From Ferrimicrobium sp. (GTDB taxonomy: Bacteria > Actinomycetota > Acidimicrobiia > Acidimicrobiales > Acidimicrobiaceae): 64,000 bases of DNA. The notes beneath the pieces were generated by a model that was not told where the DNA came from, did no database searches, and was given only the letters and a program-made list of their open reading frames with translations. The translations under genes were made by a program, and so were the position numbers. This document shows, one piece after another, positions 26,088-35,442 of this stretch. Position 1 is the first letter of the stretch. Every line of letters begins with the position of its first letter. The DNA lies in NCBI RefSeq assembly GCF_027319265.1, contig NZ_DAHVNP010000049.1, positions 11,558 to 75,557 of the forward strand, given 5' to 3'.

Positions 26088-28027
26088 CCGACCAAAGACT
26101 TCGATCATATCGCTGGTGGCTGGTCGGCTGCTCGGCGATCACCCTCGCGGTGGCACTCGCTGGGGGACTCCTCTCCGTCGCAAGCCTCATGGGACACATT
26201 TTTGTTCTCAACACGACCGAGTTGCTGCCAATCGCTGGCCTTCATCTCAGGTTAGGTGTGCTGTCGGCTCTCTTTGATCTGCTCACATCGTTCGTCGCGA
26301 TCACCGTCGCCGCTTATATGGGCACCTACTTCTCACGGCATCAGGTGCCACGACTGACCCTGGTACTGATGCCGACCTTCCTCGCCGCGATGTTGTTGGT
26401 CCCCATGGCAGCGACCTACTTCGATTTCTGGTTCTTTTGGGAGACGATGGCACTCACCTCAGCCGCACTCGTCCTGGCACACTACAGCGACTCCAGCACT
26501 CGAGTGGCTGGGCTCTACTATATCGCCTACACCCAAGTTGGCTTCGCCCTGATCCTGGCCGCGACGGCGACGCTGAGTGTCAACTCCACCTCCGCCTTTT
26601 TGGATGGCCCCACCGCACAGCTTTTGCCGCTCTCGAACCTTGTCTTCATCCTCAGTTTGTTGGGTTTCGCCTCCAAGGCGGGACTCCTCCCGCTGAACTC
26701 CTGGCTCCCTCTCGCCCATCCTGCAGCGCCGACTCCGGTCTCGACCTTGATGAGTGCGAGCATGGTCAATCTCGGCATCTACGGCATCGTCCGCATCGAC
26801 CTTATCACTCCTGGTCAGAGCTGGTGGGGGATACTGATGATGATCATCGGGCTCGCATCCGCAACCTATGGAGCACTCCATGCCCTTGTCTCCTCCGACA
26901 TCAAGCGGCTCCTCGCCTTCTCGACGAGTGAGAACCTCGGTATCATTATCACCGCACTGGGGGCCTACGAACTCCTCCGAGCGACGCACTTCGTCGTCCT
27001 GGCAGAACTCGCCATAGCGGCCGCGATTCTTCATCTGATCGGACACGCTCTCTTCAAGTCACTCGCCTTTATCTCCTCCGGGCGACTCATCGACGATGCC
27101 GGCACACGCGATATCGACCATATGGGTGCGATGATTCATCGCTCACCACTCGCCAGTGCTGGTTTTGGCGTTGCCAGTCTCGGTGCCACCGGTCTTCCCC
27201 TTGGAGCTGGTTTCATCGGTGAGTGGCTCCTCCTGCAAGCACTCATCCACACGCCGTCAACCGCACCAATCCTTCTACGTGTGGTCATGCCGATCGCACT
27301 CGCCCTCCTCGCTCTGACCGTTGGCTTGAAGGTGGCGGCAATGACCAAGTCATTTGGCATCGGCGTTCTCTCCAGGCAACGGACACCCCACGTCAACACG
27401 GTACAGCGAAGGCGAGTGGCGGTTGTGCTCGACACCATCGTCATCTCCTTGCTCATAAGCGCGAACCTCGTCTTTGGGACCCTTCCCAACCTCGTGGACC
27501 CGCTCTATCAACGCGTCGCCACGCTACTGCTGCCCCAGGGAGTGCCGACCCACATCGGACTCTTTGTGACCCTCGCACCGCTCAGGGGAGGCATCTCCCC
27601 CCTTGCGATCCTCGTCGAAGTTGCCTGCTTCACCATCGCCGTGGGCATCCTCGTCGAAGGTCGGATACGGTCCAATGGGAGGGTGATCGCCGCTGATCTT
27701 TGGAACGGGGGTGGAGGAGAGCCTCGTATCCGAATGCAGTACAACTCCACCTCGTTCGCCCAACCGCTTGAGTCGATCTTCGCGAGTGCCCTTCGACTCC
27801 AGGAGCGCACCGCCGCCGATCACGCAGACCCCGATCGTCTCATCGTTGCTACCGTCAGCTACGAACGCTCACGGGCGGATATCGTCGCCTCAACCCTTCA
27901 TCGATTCGTGACCCAAAGCATGGGTCAAGCCGCACACCTCATACGTCGCGCGCACCCCGGCAACATGCGCCTCTACGTACTCTATGGCGCCATCGGATTC
28001 CTGATCATCTTGCTGGTTGCCAGATGA
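26084..28027 (+). CDS. NuoL/HyfB-like proton-conducting antiporter-type membrane subunit
   Basis: 647 aa and polytopic. It has GLLPLNSWLPLAHPAAPTPVSTLMSA and HALFKSLAFI motifs of the ND5/Mrp family, and an ATGA overlap upstream. Confidence 0.85.
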   Translation: MTDQRLRSYRWWLVGCSAITLAVALAGGLLSVASLMGHIFVLNTTELLPIAGLHLRLGVLSALFDLLTSFVAITVAAYMGTYFSRHQVPRLTLVLMPTFLAAMLLVPMAATYFDFWFFWETMALTSAALVLAHYSDSSTRVAGLYYIAYTQVGFALILAATATLSVNSTSAFLDGPTAQLLPLSNLVFILSLLGFASKAGLLPLNSWLPLAHPAAPTPVSTLMSASMVNLGIYGIVRIDLITPGQSWWGILMMIIGLASATYGALHALVSSDIKRLLAFSTSENLGIIITALGAYELLRATHFVVLAELAIAAAILHLIGHALFKSLAFISSGRLIDDAGTRDIDHMGAMIHRSPLASAGFGVASLGATGLPLGAGFIGEWLLLQALIHTPSTAPILLRVVMPIALALLALTVGLKVAAMTKSFGIGVLSRQRTPHVNTVQRRRVAVVLDTIVISLLISANLVFGTLPNLVDPLYQRVATLLLPQGVPTHIGLFVTLAPLRGGISPLAILVEVACFTIAVGILVEGRIRSNGRVIAADLWNGGGGEPRIRMQYNSTSFAQPLESIFASALRLQERTAADHADPDRLIVATVSYERSRADIVASTLHRFVTQSMGQAAHLIRRAHPGNMRLYVLYGAIGFLIILLVAR

Positions 28028-28962
28028 CTGTCCTACTCCAAATCATCCTTTTTCTCCTGCTGGGTCCCGTCACTATCGGTTTGATCCGCAAGATCCATGC
28101 CCTGCTTGAGGGGCGCCGAGGTGCCCCTCTCCTCCAACCGTTCCGACACTTTCACCAGCTTTGGGACAAAGAGACGATCGAGCCCGTTGGGGCAAGCGCT
28201 ATCTTCCGTTTTGCTCCCTATCTCCTCCTTGGGACTAGCCTCACCATCGCGGCGGTAGGACCCTTCATCGCTACCTCTGACGGCCTTGGCTCATCGTCCG
28301 ATCTCTTCGTCGTCGTCGGGCTCCTCTTCCTCGGCAATATCGCCACAGCACTCGCCGGCCTCGACCTGGGTACCTCTTTTGGAGGCATGGGTGCCTCTCG
28401 CGAACTCACCGTATCATCCCTGGTCGAACCAACGTTGCTCGTTGCCATTTTCGCGCTCTCCATCCCGGCTCACAGCAGCTCACTCGATATCATCTGCCGA
28501 AGTGCACTCTCCAATCCAGGCCACCTGCTTGCACCCGCGGATCTACTAGCCCTTGGCGCCTTCATCGTGGTGGTGATCGCAGAGACCAAACGACTCCCTA
28601 TTGATAACCCAACGACGCACCTTGAACTCACCATGATCCACGAAGCGATGCTGCTCGAGTACTCCGGTCCTCGCCTCGCAGCCGTGGAATGGGCCTCTGC
28701 TATTCGCCTTTCACTCCTGCTCGGGTTAGTCGCTAATCTCTTCTTCCCGATCGGAATTGTTGATCGGGTCTCAGACCTCAGCGCACTACTGCTATCGATG
28801 ACGGTGCTCATCGCCAAGGTATTGGTCCTCGCAGCGCTGATCGCCCTGGCCGAGACGGCCCTGGCCAAGATCCGACTCGGCAGGGTTCCCGAGTTACTCT
28901 CAGGGTCATTCATCCTTGCCTTCTTGTCGATCATGCTCTCGTTCTTTGTAGGCGGACGATGA
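28024..28962 (+). CDS. NuoH/HycD-like membrane subunit
   Basis: 312 aa and polytopic. It carries the ETKRLPIDNPTTHLELTMIHEAMLLEYSG motif of HycD/NuoH. ATGA overlaps occur on both sides. Confidence 0.85.
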   Translation: MTVLLQIILFLLLGPVTIGLIRKIHALLEGRRGAPLLQPFRHFHQLWDKETIEPVGASAIFRFAPYLLLGTSLTIAAVGPFIATSDGLGSSSDLFVVVGLLFLGNIATALAGLDLGTSFGGMGASRELTVSSLVEPTLLVAIFALSIPAHSSSLDIICRSALSNPGHLLAPADLLALGAFIVVVIAETKRLPIDNPTTHLELTMIHEAMLLEYSGPRLAAVEWASAIRLSLLLGLVANLFFPIGIVDRVSDLSALLLSMTVLIAKVLVLAALIALAETALAKIRLGRVPELLSGSFILAFLSIMLSFFVGGR

Positions 28963-29606
28963 GCATTCTGATCGAACTCTGCCCAGCACTGCTCTTGCTG
29001 ACTGGCATCCTGATCGCCGCCTTTCGAGATCTTCGCGCCCAGGTCTCGATCCTCCGCGTACAAGGGGTCGTACTCGGCCTGCTGCCAGGGTTACTTGCCA
29101 TCGAAGCGCACTCCGTCGCACTCGCCATCGCTGGAGTTCTCGAACTTGGAATCCGGGGCATATTGCTACCAGGGCTGCTGATGCGCACCGTCAAGCGCCT
29201 CCCACCAGAAGCTGACCTCGCCAACGTCCGCAACACCACCAGCTCCTTTCTCCTCTCAGGCATCCTCAGCGTGATCGCCTATCTCGTGTTCCTCCCCCTC
29301 ACACGTGCAACCCATACCAGCCTTGCCCAATCCAGCTTCATCGGCCTCGCGCTGATCTTCTTCGGCATGCAAGTCCTACTCATGCGGCGCAGGGCGGTCG
29401 GTCAAATTATTGGCTTCTTGATGATCGACAACGGGATCGATGCCTTCGGGTTCCTTGCCACCCTCGGGGTTCCCTTCGTGCTCGAGCTCGGCGGCAGTCT
29501 CGACCTGGTGTTTGTGATTCTGATCCTCGCGGCACTCACCAATCGCATGGTGATCAAATTCGAGGGCACCGATGTCGATGACCTTTCGGCATTGAGGGAA
29601 CAATGA
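28959..29606 (+). CDS. HyfE/HycP-like small membrane subunit
   Basis: 215 aa with 6-7 TM helices. Its position and size match hydrogenase-4 component E. Confidence 0.7.
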   Translation: MSILIELCPALLLLTGILIAAFRDLRAQVSILRVQGVVLGLLPGLLAIEAHSVALAIAGVLELGIRGILLPGLLMRTVKRLPPEADLANVRNTTSSFLLSGILSVIAYLVFLPLTRATHTSLAQSSFIGLALIFFGMQVLLMRRRAVGQIIGFLMIDNGIDAFGFLATLGVPFVLELGGSLDLVFVILILAALTNRMVIKFEGTDVDDLSALREQ

Positions 29607-31069
29607 CCGCAACCATCGCACTCTCTGTCGCTGTGGGGCTCCCTCTTGTCGTACTAGGGCTCTCCAACCTAGGCCATGTTCACCGGATACCGTGGATCGC
29701 CACCCTCGTCGCGGACCTTGGCATCATCGCCATTGGTGCCTTTGTCCTCCTCTTGCACCCTGACCGCGCGGTAGCGGCGAACAACTTTCGCCTCGGCCCA
29801 CTGGCTGGCATGATGTTACTCGTGATTGGATCGGTGGCGATGCTTGCCGCTGCCGCCAGTCGTGCCTATCTCAATCATCAACTCGGCGATGATCCGATGG
29901 CCGAACAGAAACGACGACTGTACTGGAACCTCTTCAACCTCTTCACGCTGACCATGGTTCTGGCTGTCGTCTCCAACAACCTCGGTATTACCTGGATCGC
30001 CGTTGAGGCCACGACCGTCTCCACCACCTTTCTCGTGGGTTTTAAGCGGACTCCCAAATCCCTCGAAGCCGCATGGAAATACGCCATCATCTGCTCCTTC
30101 GGCCTCTCTGTTGCCCTCCTTGGCGTCGTGGTGATCTATTTTGGTGCCACAAAGGCTGGTCTACCCGGATCACAGGCGTTGCTCATCAGTACCCTGTTGC
30201 ACCACGCGAAGCAGCTCAATCCTGAGATTATGCGCATCGGAATTGGGCTAGGCATCATCGGGTTTGGGGCCAAGGCAGGTTTGGTCCCCTTCCATACCTG
30301 GCTACCCGACGCCCATTCCCAGGCTCCCGCCCCAATATCGGCGATGATGTCTGGCGTGCTCCTCTCGGTTGCAAGTTCGGTAGTACTTCGCATCGCTGAG
30401 CTCTCGACAGCGATCGTCGGACCCTCGTACAGTCGACTCCTCCTCCTCACGATTGGCATCCTCACCATGGGGGTCGCCGCGCTGTTGATCATCGGCCAAA
30501 CAGAGCTCAAACGCATGCTGGCACAGTCATCGATGGAGCAGATGGGCCTTGTCGCCATCGCTATCGCTATCAACACCGAACTCGCTATCGCAGCGTTACT
30601 GCTCCACATACTGGTTCACGGCATCGCGAAGAGCTCCGCTTTTATCACCGCGGGTCAGATGGAGGAGGCGACGGGCAAGCATCGAATTGCCGATATTGGT
30701 GGAATGCTACGGACCCATCCCTCCGTTGCCCGAGGCTTTATCCTCGCCGTGATCGCGCTCGTTGCGGTACCACCCTTTGGCCTGTTCTGGAGTGAAGCAG
30801 GCATCATCATCGCAACCATTCAGGCAGGCTACCTACTTCCTGCCATCGTTATCGTGCTCCTACTGCTTCTCGCCTCCGTCGGTCTCGCACGAGCAGGTCT
30901 CTCCTTGACCCTCGCTGAGCCTCTCCACCCCATCAGTACCGCAAGGTCGGTTGGGTCATCACTGCCTATTCTCCTCGCCACCTCCGCCGCGGTGCTCGTG
31001 GGCCTGCTTGGCACGCCGACCACGCAGGTCATCACCCATGTCGCCTCCATCGTTGTCCAGCGGGTCTGA
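29603..31069 (+). CDS. NuoM/NuoN/HyfF-like proton-conducting membrane subunit
   Basis: 488 aa with GLVPFHTWLPDAHSQAPAPISAMMSG and HGIAKSSAFI motifs of the ND2/ND4 family. Confidence 0.85.
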   Translation: MTATIALSVAVGLPLVVLGLSNLGHVHRIPWIATLVADLGIIAIGAFVLLLHPDRAVAANNFRLGPLAGMMLLVIGSVAMLAAAASRAYLNHQLGDDPMAEQKRRLYWNLFNLFTLTMVLAVVSNNLGITWIAVEATTVSTTFLVGFKRTPKSLEAAWKYAIICSFGLSVALLGVVVIYFGATKAGLPGSQALLISTLLHHAKQLNPEIMRIGIGLGIIGFGAKAGLVPFHTWLPDAHSQAPAPISAMMSGVLLSVASSVVLRIAELSTAIVGPSYSRLLLLTIGILTMGVAALLIIGQTELKRMLAQSSMEQMGLVAIAIAINTELAIAALLLHILVHGIAKSSAFITAGQMEEATGKHRIADIGGMLRTHPSVARGFILAVIALVAVPPFGLFWSEAGIIIATIQAGYLLPAIVIVLLLLLASVGLARAGLSLTLAEPLHPISTARSVGSSLPILLATSAAVLVGLLGTPTTQVITHVASIVVQRV

Positions 31070-31072
31070 ATC

Positions 31073-32644
31073 ATGTCTACCACAATCCCCACCAAGAGCC
31101 TCACGCCCAACGACGTCGCTCCAGCGCTCAGTGCCGCCCTCGAGGCTGGGGGACGAGTCGCCTTAGTGAGCGCCGAGGATCGATCCGATGACGGGGTTAT
31201 CGAGATCGCCTATGTGTTGGCCAACACACCAACCGCACCCCTGGTTGAGTGGGCACTGCCGCTGGAGAGATCCGACCCACAACTCCTCTCAATGGCCTCA
31301 CTCGACTTCTCGACTGGCCGATTCGAACGAGAGATCGCTGACCAATTTGGCGTCACGCTGGTGGGGCACCCGCAACCGGCACGGCTGGTCAAACATGCCC
31401 ATTGGCCCAGTGAGTACCATCCGCTCCTCCATGGGGCAGCCCCTAGTCCGGGGAGACTCACCGATGAGCGTGGCTATCAGTTTCTGGAGGTCGACAGCGA
31501 TGCCGTCTACGAAATCGGCGTCGGCCCCATTCATGCAGGGATCATTGAACCGGGTCACTTTCGATTTTCGGCGGTCGGTGAATCGATCATCACCATGAAG
31601 GCACGCCTCTGGTTCGTCCATCGCGGCATCGAGAAGTTGTTCGAGGGGTGCTCGTACCCCGAGGCCATCGTTCTCGCCGAGAAGATCTCTGGAGACACCT
31701 CGGTTGGCCACGCCCTCGCCATGGCCCAGGCGATCGAAGACGCGCTCGGGATCGAGATCGATACCACAAGTGCACTCCTACGCCAGCTCCTCCTCGGCTT
31801 GGAGCAGACCTACAACCTCATCAATGACATTGGGGCCATCGCAAACGACGTTGCCTTCTCCATCATTCATGCCTTCACCGGCGTCCAGCGCGAGCACGTC
31901 ATGCGCGAGAACAGACGCCTTACCGGTCATCGACTGCTGCGCGGAGCGGTGAGGCTAGGGGGCGCCGACCTGCGCGAGCGACCTGATCCCCAGTTCTTTG
32001 TGGAGCGATTGACGGCGATGAACGAGATCATCGACATCTTCACCTCCAACATCATGGCCATGGACAGATTGAAGGGTACTGGCATCCTAGACACCGTTGA
32101 TGCCAAAGCAATCGGGTGTGTTGGCTATGTCGCACTCGCCTCCGGTCTGCCCATTGCGGAGGTAGGAGCCCCGCTCCGTGACGCCTCGTTGGGTCATGGG
32201 GCCTCACTGGACAAAACCCCACCATTGGACCATGACAAACCGGCGCTGATCCACTCCCAGGCGCAAAACCACGCCGGGATCACGCCCTTACAAACCGGTG
32301 ACGTCGCGGCCCGCCTTGATGTTCGCCTCCAACAGCTGCGTGCGACCTTGGTCCATCTCGCAGAGGTATCAGCACAACTGAGTGGGCATCCAATGTCCAC
32401 AGTGACCGGCACCCAAGACTACTCGTTATCGAGAACAAGCGGAATCGCCTGCGTCGAGAGCTGGAGAGGCCGACTCACCCATCGTATCGTCGCTGAAAAT
32501 GGATGCATCCTACGGGCAAAGATCGTCGACCCCTCCTTCTTCAACTGGCCAGCTGTCTCGATCTCTCTCCGTGGAGCGATGGTAGCCGATTTTCCGTTGA
32601 TCAACAAGAGTTTCAATCTCTCCTACGCTGGCAACGACCTCTAA
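31073..32644 (+). CDS. Fused NuoC-NuoD / HycE-like large subunit lacking Ni-Fe ligand cysteines
   Basis: 523 aa with GVGPIHAGIIEPGHFRF and FVHRGIEKLFE. The L1 site reads AEKISGDTSVGHA (no CxxC). The C-terminus reads PLINKSFNLSYAGNDL (no DPCxxC). Confidence 0.85.
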   Translation: MSTTIPTKSLTPNDVAPALSAALEAGGRVALVSAEDRSDDGVIEIAYVLANTPTAPLVEWALPLERSDPQLLSMASLDFSTGRFEREIADQFGVTLVGHPQPARLVKHAHWPSEYHPLLHGAAPSPGRLTDERGYQFLEVDSDAVYEIGVGPIHAGIIEPGHFRFSAVGESIITMKARLWFVHRGIEKLFEGCSYPEAIVLAEKISGDTSVGHALAMAQAIEDALGIEIDTTSALLRQLLLGLEQTYNLINDIGAIANDVAFSIIHAFTGVQREHVMRENRRLTGHRLLRGAVRLGGADLRERPDPQFFVERLTAMNEIIDIFTSNIMAMDRLKGTGILDTVDAKAIGCVGYVALASGLPIAEVGAPLRDASLGHGASLDKTPPLDHDKPALIHSQAQNHAGITPLQTGDVAARLDVRLQQLRATLVHLAEVSAQLSGHPMSTVTGTQDYSLSRTSGIACVESWRGRLTHRIVAENGCILRAKIVDPSFFNWPAVSISLRGAMVADFPLINKSFNLSYAGNDL

Positions 32645-32795
32645 ACGTTCGATGGACGACGACATAATCGATCGGCCCTAACCCGTGAGCGATCCCGACG
32701 CAACAGCGCCTTCCAAGAGCAGCCACTCACGCGACCCGTATCCATCACCAATGTACCGTTTGACGCGCTCTGCCGTCAACGATACATCCAAGGGT

Positions 32796-33119
32796 TCACC
32801 GGATATCGACAACGGGGAGAACTTCATGGATCCGATCAGCGCAACGCTTTGGGACCCTTACCACCTTGTGCCGCGCGCTGGGTCCAGCTACCAGAACGAC
32901 GGAAGACTTTGGGACACCGCCAACGTGGGCGATGAGCGCCGTAGTCGCTTCATTCGCCTTCCCCTCGATCGGTCGCGCCCGAACCTCGACGCCGAGGGAT
33001 CCATCACTCAACCGACTGAGGCGCTCGATCCTTCGCCCGGGACGAACCACAACATGAAGATCAACCATCTCCTCAGTACGATCCTCCATAGTGGCGAGAC
33101 TAGCGTCGATCTCACTCAA
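32796..33119 (-). CDS. DUF167 (YggU-like) family protein
   Basis: LHVVVRPGRR...GSLGVEVRARPIEGKANEATTALIAHVGGVPKSSVVLVAGPSARHKVVRV matches the DUF167 pattern (ApP-x-G-kAN). Confidence 0.7.
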   Translation of the reverse strand: MSEIDASLATMEDRTEEMVDLHVVVRPGRRIERLSRLSDGSLGVEVRARPIEGKANEATTALIAHVGGVPKSSVVLVAGPSARHKVVRVPKRCADRIHEVLPVVDIR

Positions 33120-33249
33120 GACCGTCAGCGAACCTGACAGCGACGGATTCGCAGACCGACTCTTGATCGAACAGCCATAGTCGGAGACGGCAACTCTTGT
33201 AGCGATTGACTATCGATCTACCCAGCCGCGCAGGACCTTGGCTCCCTCC

Positions 33250-33606
33250 CTAGAACCCGATGACTGTTGCGCCCTCGAGCGCATACCTGACAAAGGCGTC
33301 GCGGGCGTACTGCAGCACAAAGCCACGCTTGCGCAACGCCTCTTCGGTACCTGCAGCCTCAGCGGCGTTGCGACAGGTCCCGACCGGGACCCCAGCTGCG
33401 ATCAAGGCATCAAGTTGATCGTTGTACTCGGTGACCACAGCGTCGCCGTCACTGCCATTGAGCGCCGCCTGTGCCGGGCCAAAACAATAGATCTCCAGTT
33501 CAACGTGCTGATCTGCGGCCACCTGGCGCACCCTTTCGGCGACATGCGATCCTGCTGACAACGAATCTGGGTCCCCATGGAATAGATGAACAACGACTTT
33601 AGCCAT
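33250..33606 (-). CDS. DsrE/DsrF-like family protein
   Basis: 118 aa. MAKVVVHLFHGD, ELEIYCFGPA and GVPVGTCRNA are typical of the small DsrE-fold proteins. It lies 36 nt downstream of arsA. Confidence 0.65.
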   Translation of the reverse strand: MAKVVVHLFHGDPDSLSAGSHVAERVRQVAADQHVELEIYCFGPAQAALNGSDGDAVVTEYNDQLDALIAAGVPVGTCRNAAEAAGTEEALRKRGFVLQYARDAFVRYALEGATVIGF

Positions 33607-33642
33607 GAGCTATTTCCCTTCTTTCATGCGATCTTGACTCGC

Positions 33643-35442
33643 CTACCGTAGCGCCATCGTGGTCCCAACAAGCAGATGGAACTCCTCAATGGTCTGTGGT
33701 GCCTCGCATACCATCGGGACCACCGCCACGCGACCACCTGCGCGCCGGGCGACTTCCTGGAGTATCTCTGTCTCACGCATCGCCCTGGCCCGAAGGATCG
33801 GGTCGGTGACCTTGGCCGCCAAAAGACTCTGATTCACGATCCAGGCCTTGGGGTGAATACCGGCACGCTCAAGGTCCTCCTGGAGTGAGGCCGCTTCATG
33901 CACGGGCGTAGCCTCAGGTAGGGTCACTACCAAAACCGACGTGTACGTAGGATCGGTCAGTCGCGCAAGCAACTGCATCACCTCAGGTGACGCCTCACCA
34001 CCCTGGCGGGCTACCTCACGGTGATAGGTCTGCGCTGAGTCCAACAGGAGTACCGTATGGCCGGTTGGCGCGGTATCGGCGACCACAAAGTGATCGCTGG
34101 CATGGGCAACAATACGAGCAAAGGCACCAAAGACGGCGATCTCCTCGGTGCACGGTGAGCGCAGATCCTCCTTGAGGACTGCGAGTGCGTCACCTTCGAG
34201 GTCAGCGCCGGCCTTGGCAAGCACCTCTGCGGTATAGGAGCGTGTCACTACTTCAGGATCGATACGACCGACATGCAGTCGTTCGGCGACACTTTGGCCC
34301 GCATCAGCAAGTACCGCTCCCAGATGGTCAGCTGGATCGGTAGTTGTTAGTTCAACCTCATGACCCCGACGAGCGAGTTCGAGGGCGACCGCAACCGCGA
34401 GGGTTGTCTTGCCAACCCCACCCTTGCCCATCGTCAGTACAAGCCCATTGCCCCGATGCGCCAACTCGTCAATCAACTCGTCAAAGCCGAGCTCCTCCGG
34501 TATCGTCGCCTCGCTCGGGTGGGGAGCTCCCGGCCCGACGCCACTGACAAAGGCCCGCAGGCCACTGATTCCATTCAAGCTGAAATCGACGAGAGCAACC
34601 TCATCACGCTCAATCGCAGCCAAGGCCGGGGGGAGATCTCGCACGAGCACGCGCGAACGGGCGGCCATGGCGTCAGCGAGGGGATCGCCCTCACCAGTTG
34701 CGACAAACATCCCGTTGAGTACGAGACGTTGGTGCGCAATACCTAAAGCGCCAAGCTCCTGTGCCGCTCTCGCTGCCTCATCGATCGCGATGGGGTCAGG
34801 TCTCGCCACCAAGACCAGCACGGTCTGTGCGCTATCGGCTAGGGTGGCTACCGCCTGACGATAGCGATCCTGCTGATTGCCCAGGCCGGCCAACGGCCCA
34901 ATGCAGGAGGTCCCGAGGGTATTGGTATCGATAAAGTCGCTCCAAGCTCCCGGCAAGGCCAGGAGCCGTAACGTATGGCCGGTTGGTGCGGTATCGAAGA
35001 GGACATGGTCGTACTGCTCGGTTGCACGAGGCTCGGCCAGCAACGAGGTGAACTCATCGAAGGCAGCGATCTCAACCGTACACGCCCCTGATAGTTGTTC
35101 CTCAATGCTCCTAACGGCGGAGTCAGGAAGAAGCCCCCGGTACGGACCGACGACGCGCTCTCGGTAGGCCGCTGCGCTCGCAACGGGATCGATATTCATC
35201 GCGTCCAAGCCAGGGAGTACGCCACGAGGGGTCGATCCAAGTGTCGTCTCGAGCACCTCATCAAGGTTCGAAGCCGGATCTGTCGAGACCAACAGTACCC
35301 GTCGCCCCTGATCGGCCAAGGCCACCGCGGTCGCCGCCGCTGTTGAAGTCTTGCCGACACCGCCCTTCCCGGTGAAGAAGAGAAAGCGTGGGGGCGCGCT
35401 CAATAAGCCAGAGAGGATCGCTGGTCGGTTAGCCACAACAAC
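33643..35442 (-). CDS. arsA: Arsenite-stimulated ATPase ArsA (two-domain)
   Basis: Two P-loops (GKGGVGKTS and GKGGVGKTT), two DTAPTGHT signatures, and metalloid-site Cys contexts LSGACTVEIAAFDEF and SPCTEEIAVFGAF. The start is probably one of GTG 35436-35442; the track start 35538 would overlap arsD by 110 nt. Confidence 0.9.
   Translation of the reverse strand, partial: VVVANRPAILSGLLSAPPRFLFFTGKGGVGKTSTAAATAVALADQGRRVLLVSTDPASNLDEVLETTLGSTPRGVLPGLDAMNIDPVASAAAYRERVVGPYRGLLPDSAVRSIEEQLSGACTVEIAAFDEFTSLLAEPRATEQYDHVLFDTAPTGHTLRLLALPGAWSDFIDTNTLGTSCIGPLAGLGNQQDRYRQAVATLADSAQTVLVLVARPDPIAIDEAARAAQELGALGIAHQRLVLNGMFVATGEGDPLADAMAARSRVLVRDLPPALAAIERDEVALVDFSLNGISGLRAFVSGVGPGAPHPSEATIPEELGFDELIDELAHRGNGLVLTMGKGGVGKTTLAVAVALELARRGHEVELTTTDPADHLGAVLADAGQSVAERLHVGRIDPEVVTRSYTAEVLAKAGADLEGDALAVLKEDLRSPCTEEIAVFGAFARIVAHASDHFVVADTAPTGHTVLLLDSAQTYHREVARQGGEASPEVMQLLARLTDPTYTSVLVVTLPEATPVHEAASLQEDLERAGIHPKAWIVNQSLLAAKVTDPILRARAMRETEILQEVARRAGGRVAVVPMVCEAPQTIEEFHLLVGTTMALR

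Noticed and set aside
31073-32644. Calling the cluster a formate hydrogenlyase or bona fide group 4 [NiFe]-hydrogenase
   Set aside because: Both Ni-Fe CxxC ligand pairs are absent from the large subunit (ISGDTSVGH and SFNLSYAGNDL). No hyp, FDH or HycF-like genes are in the window. It was called Ehr-type instead.
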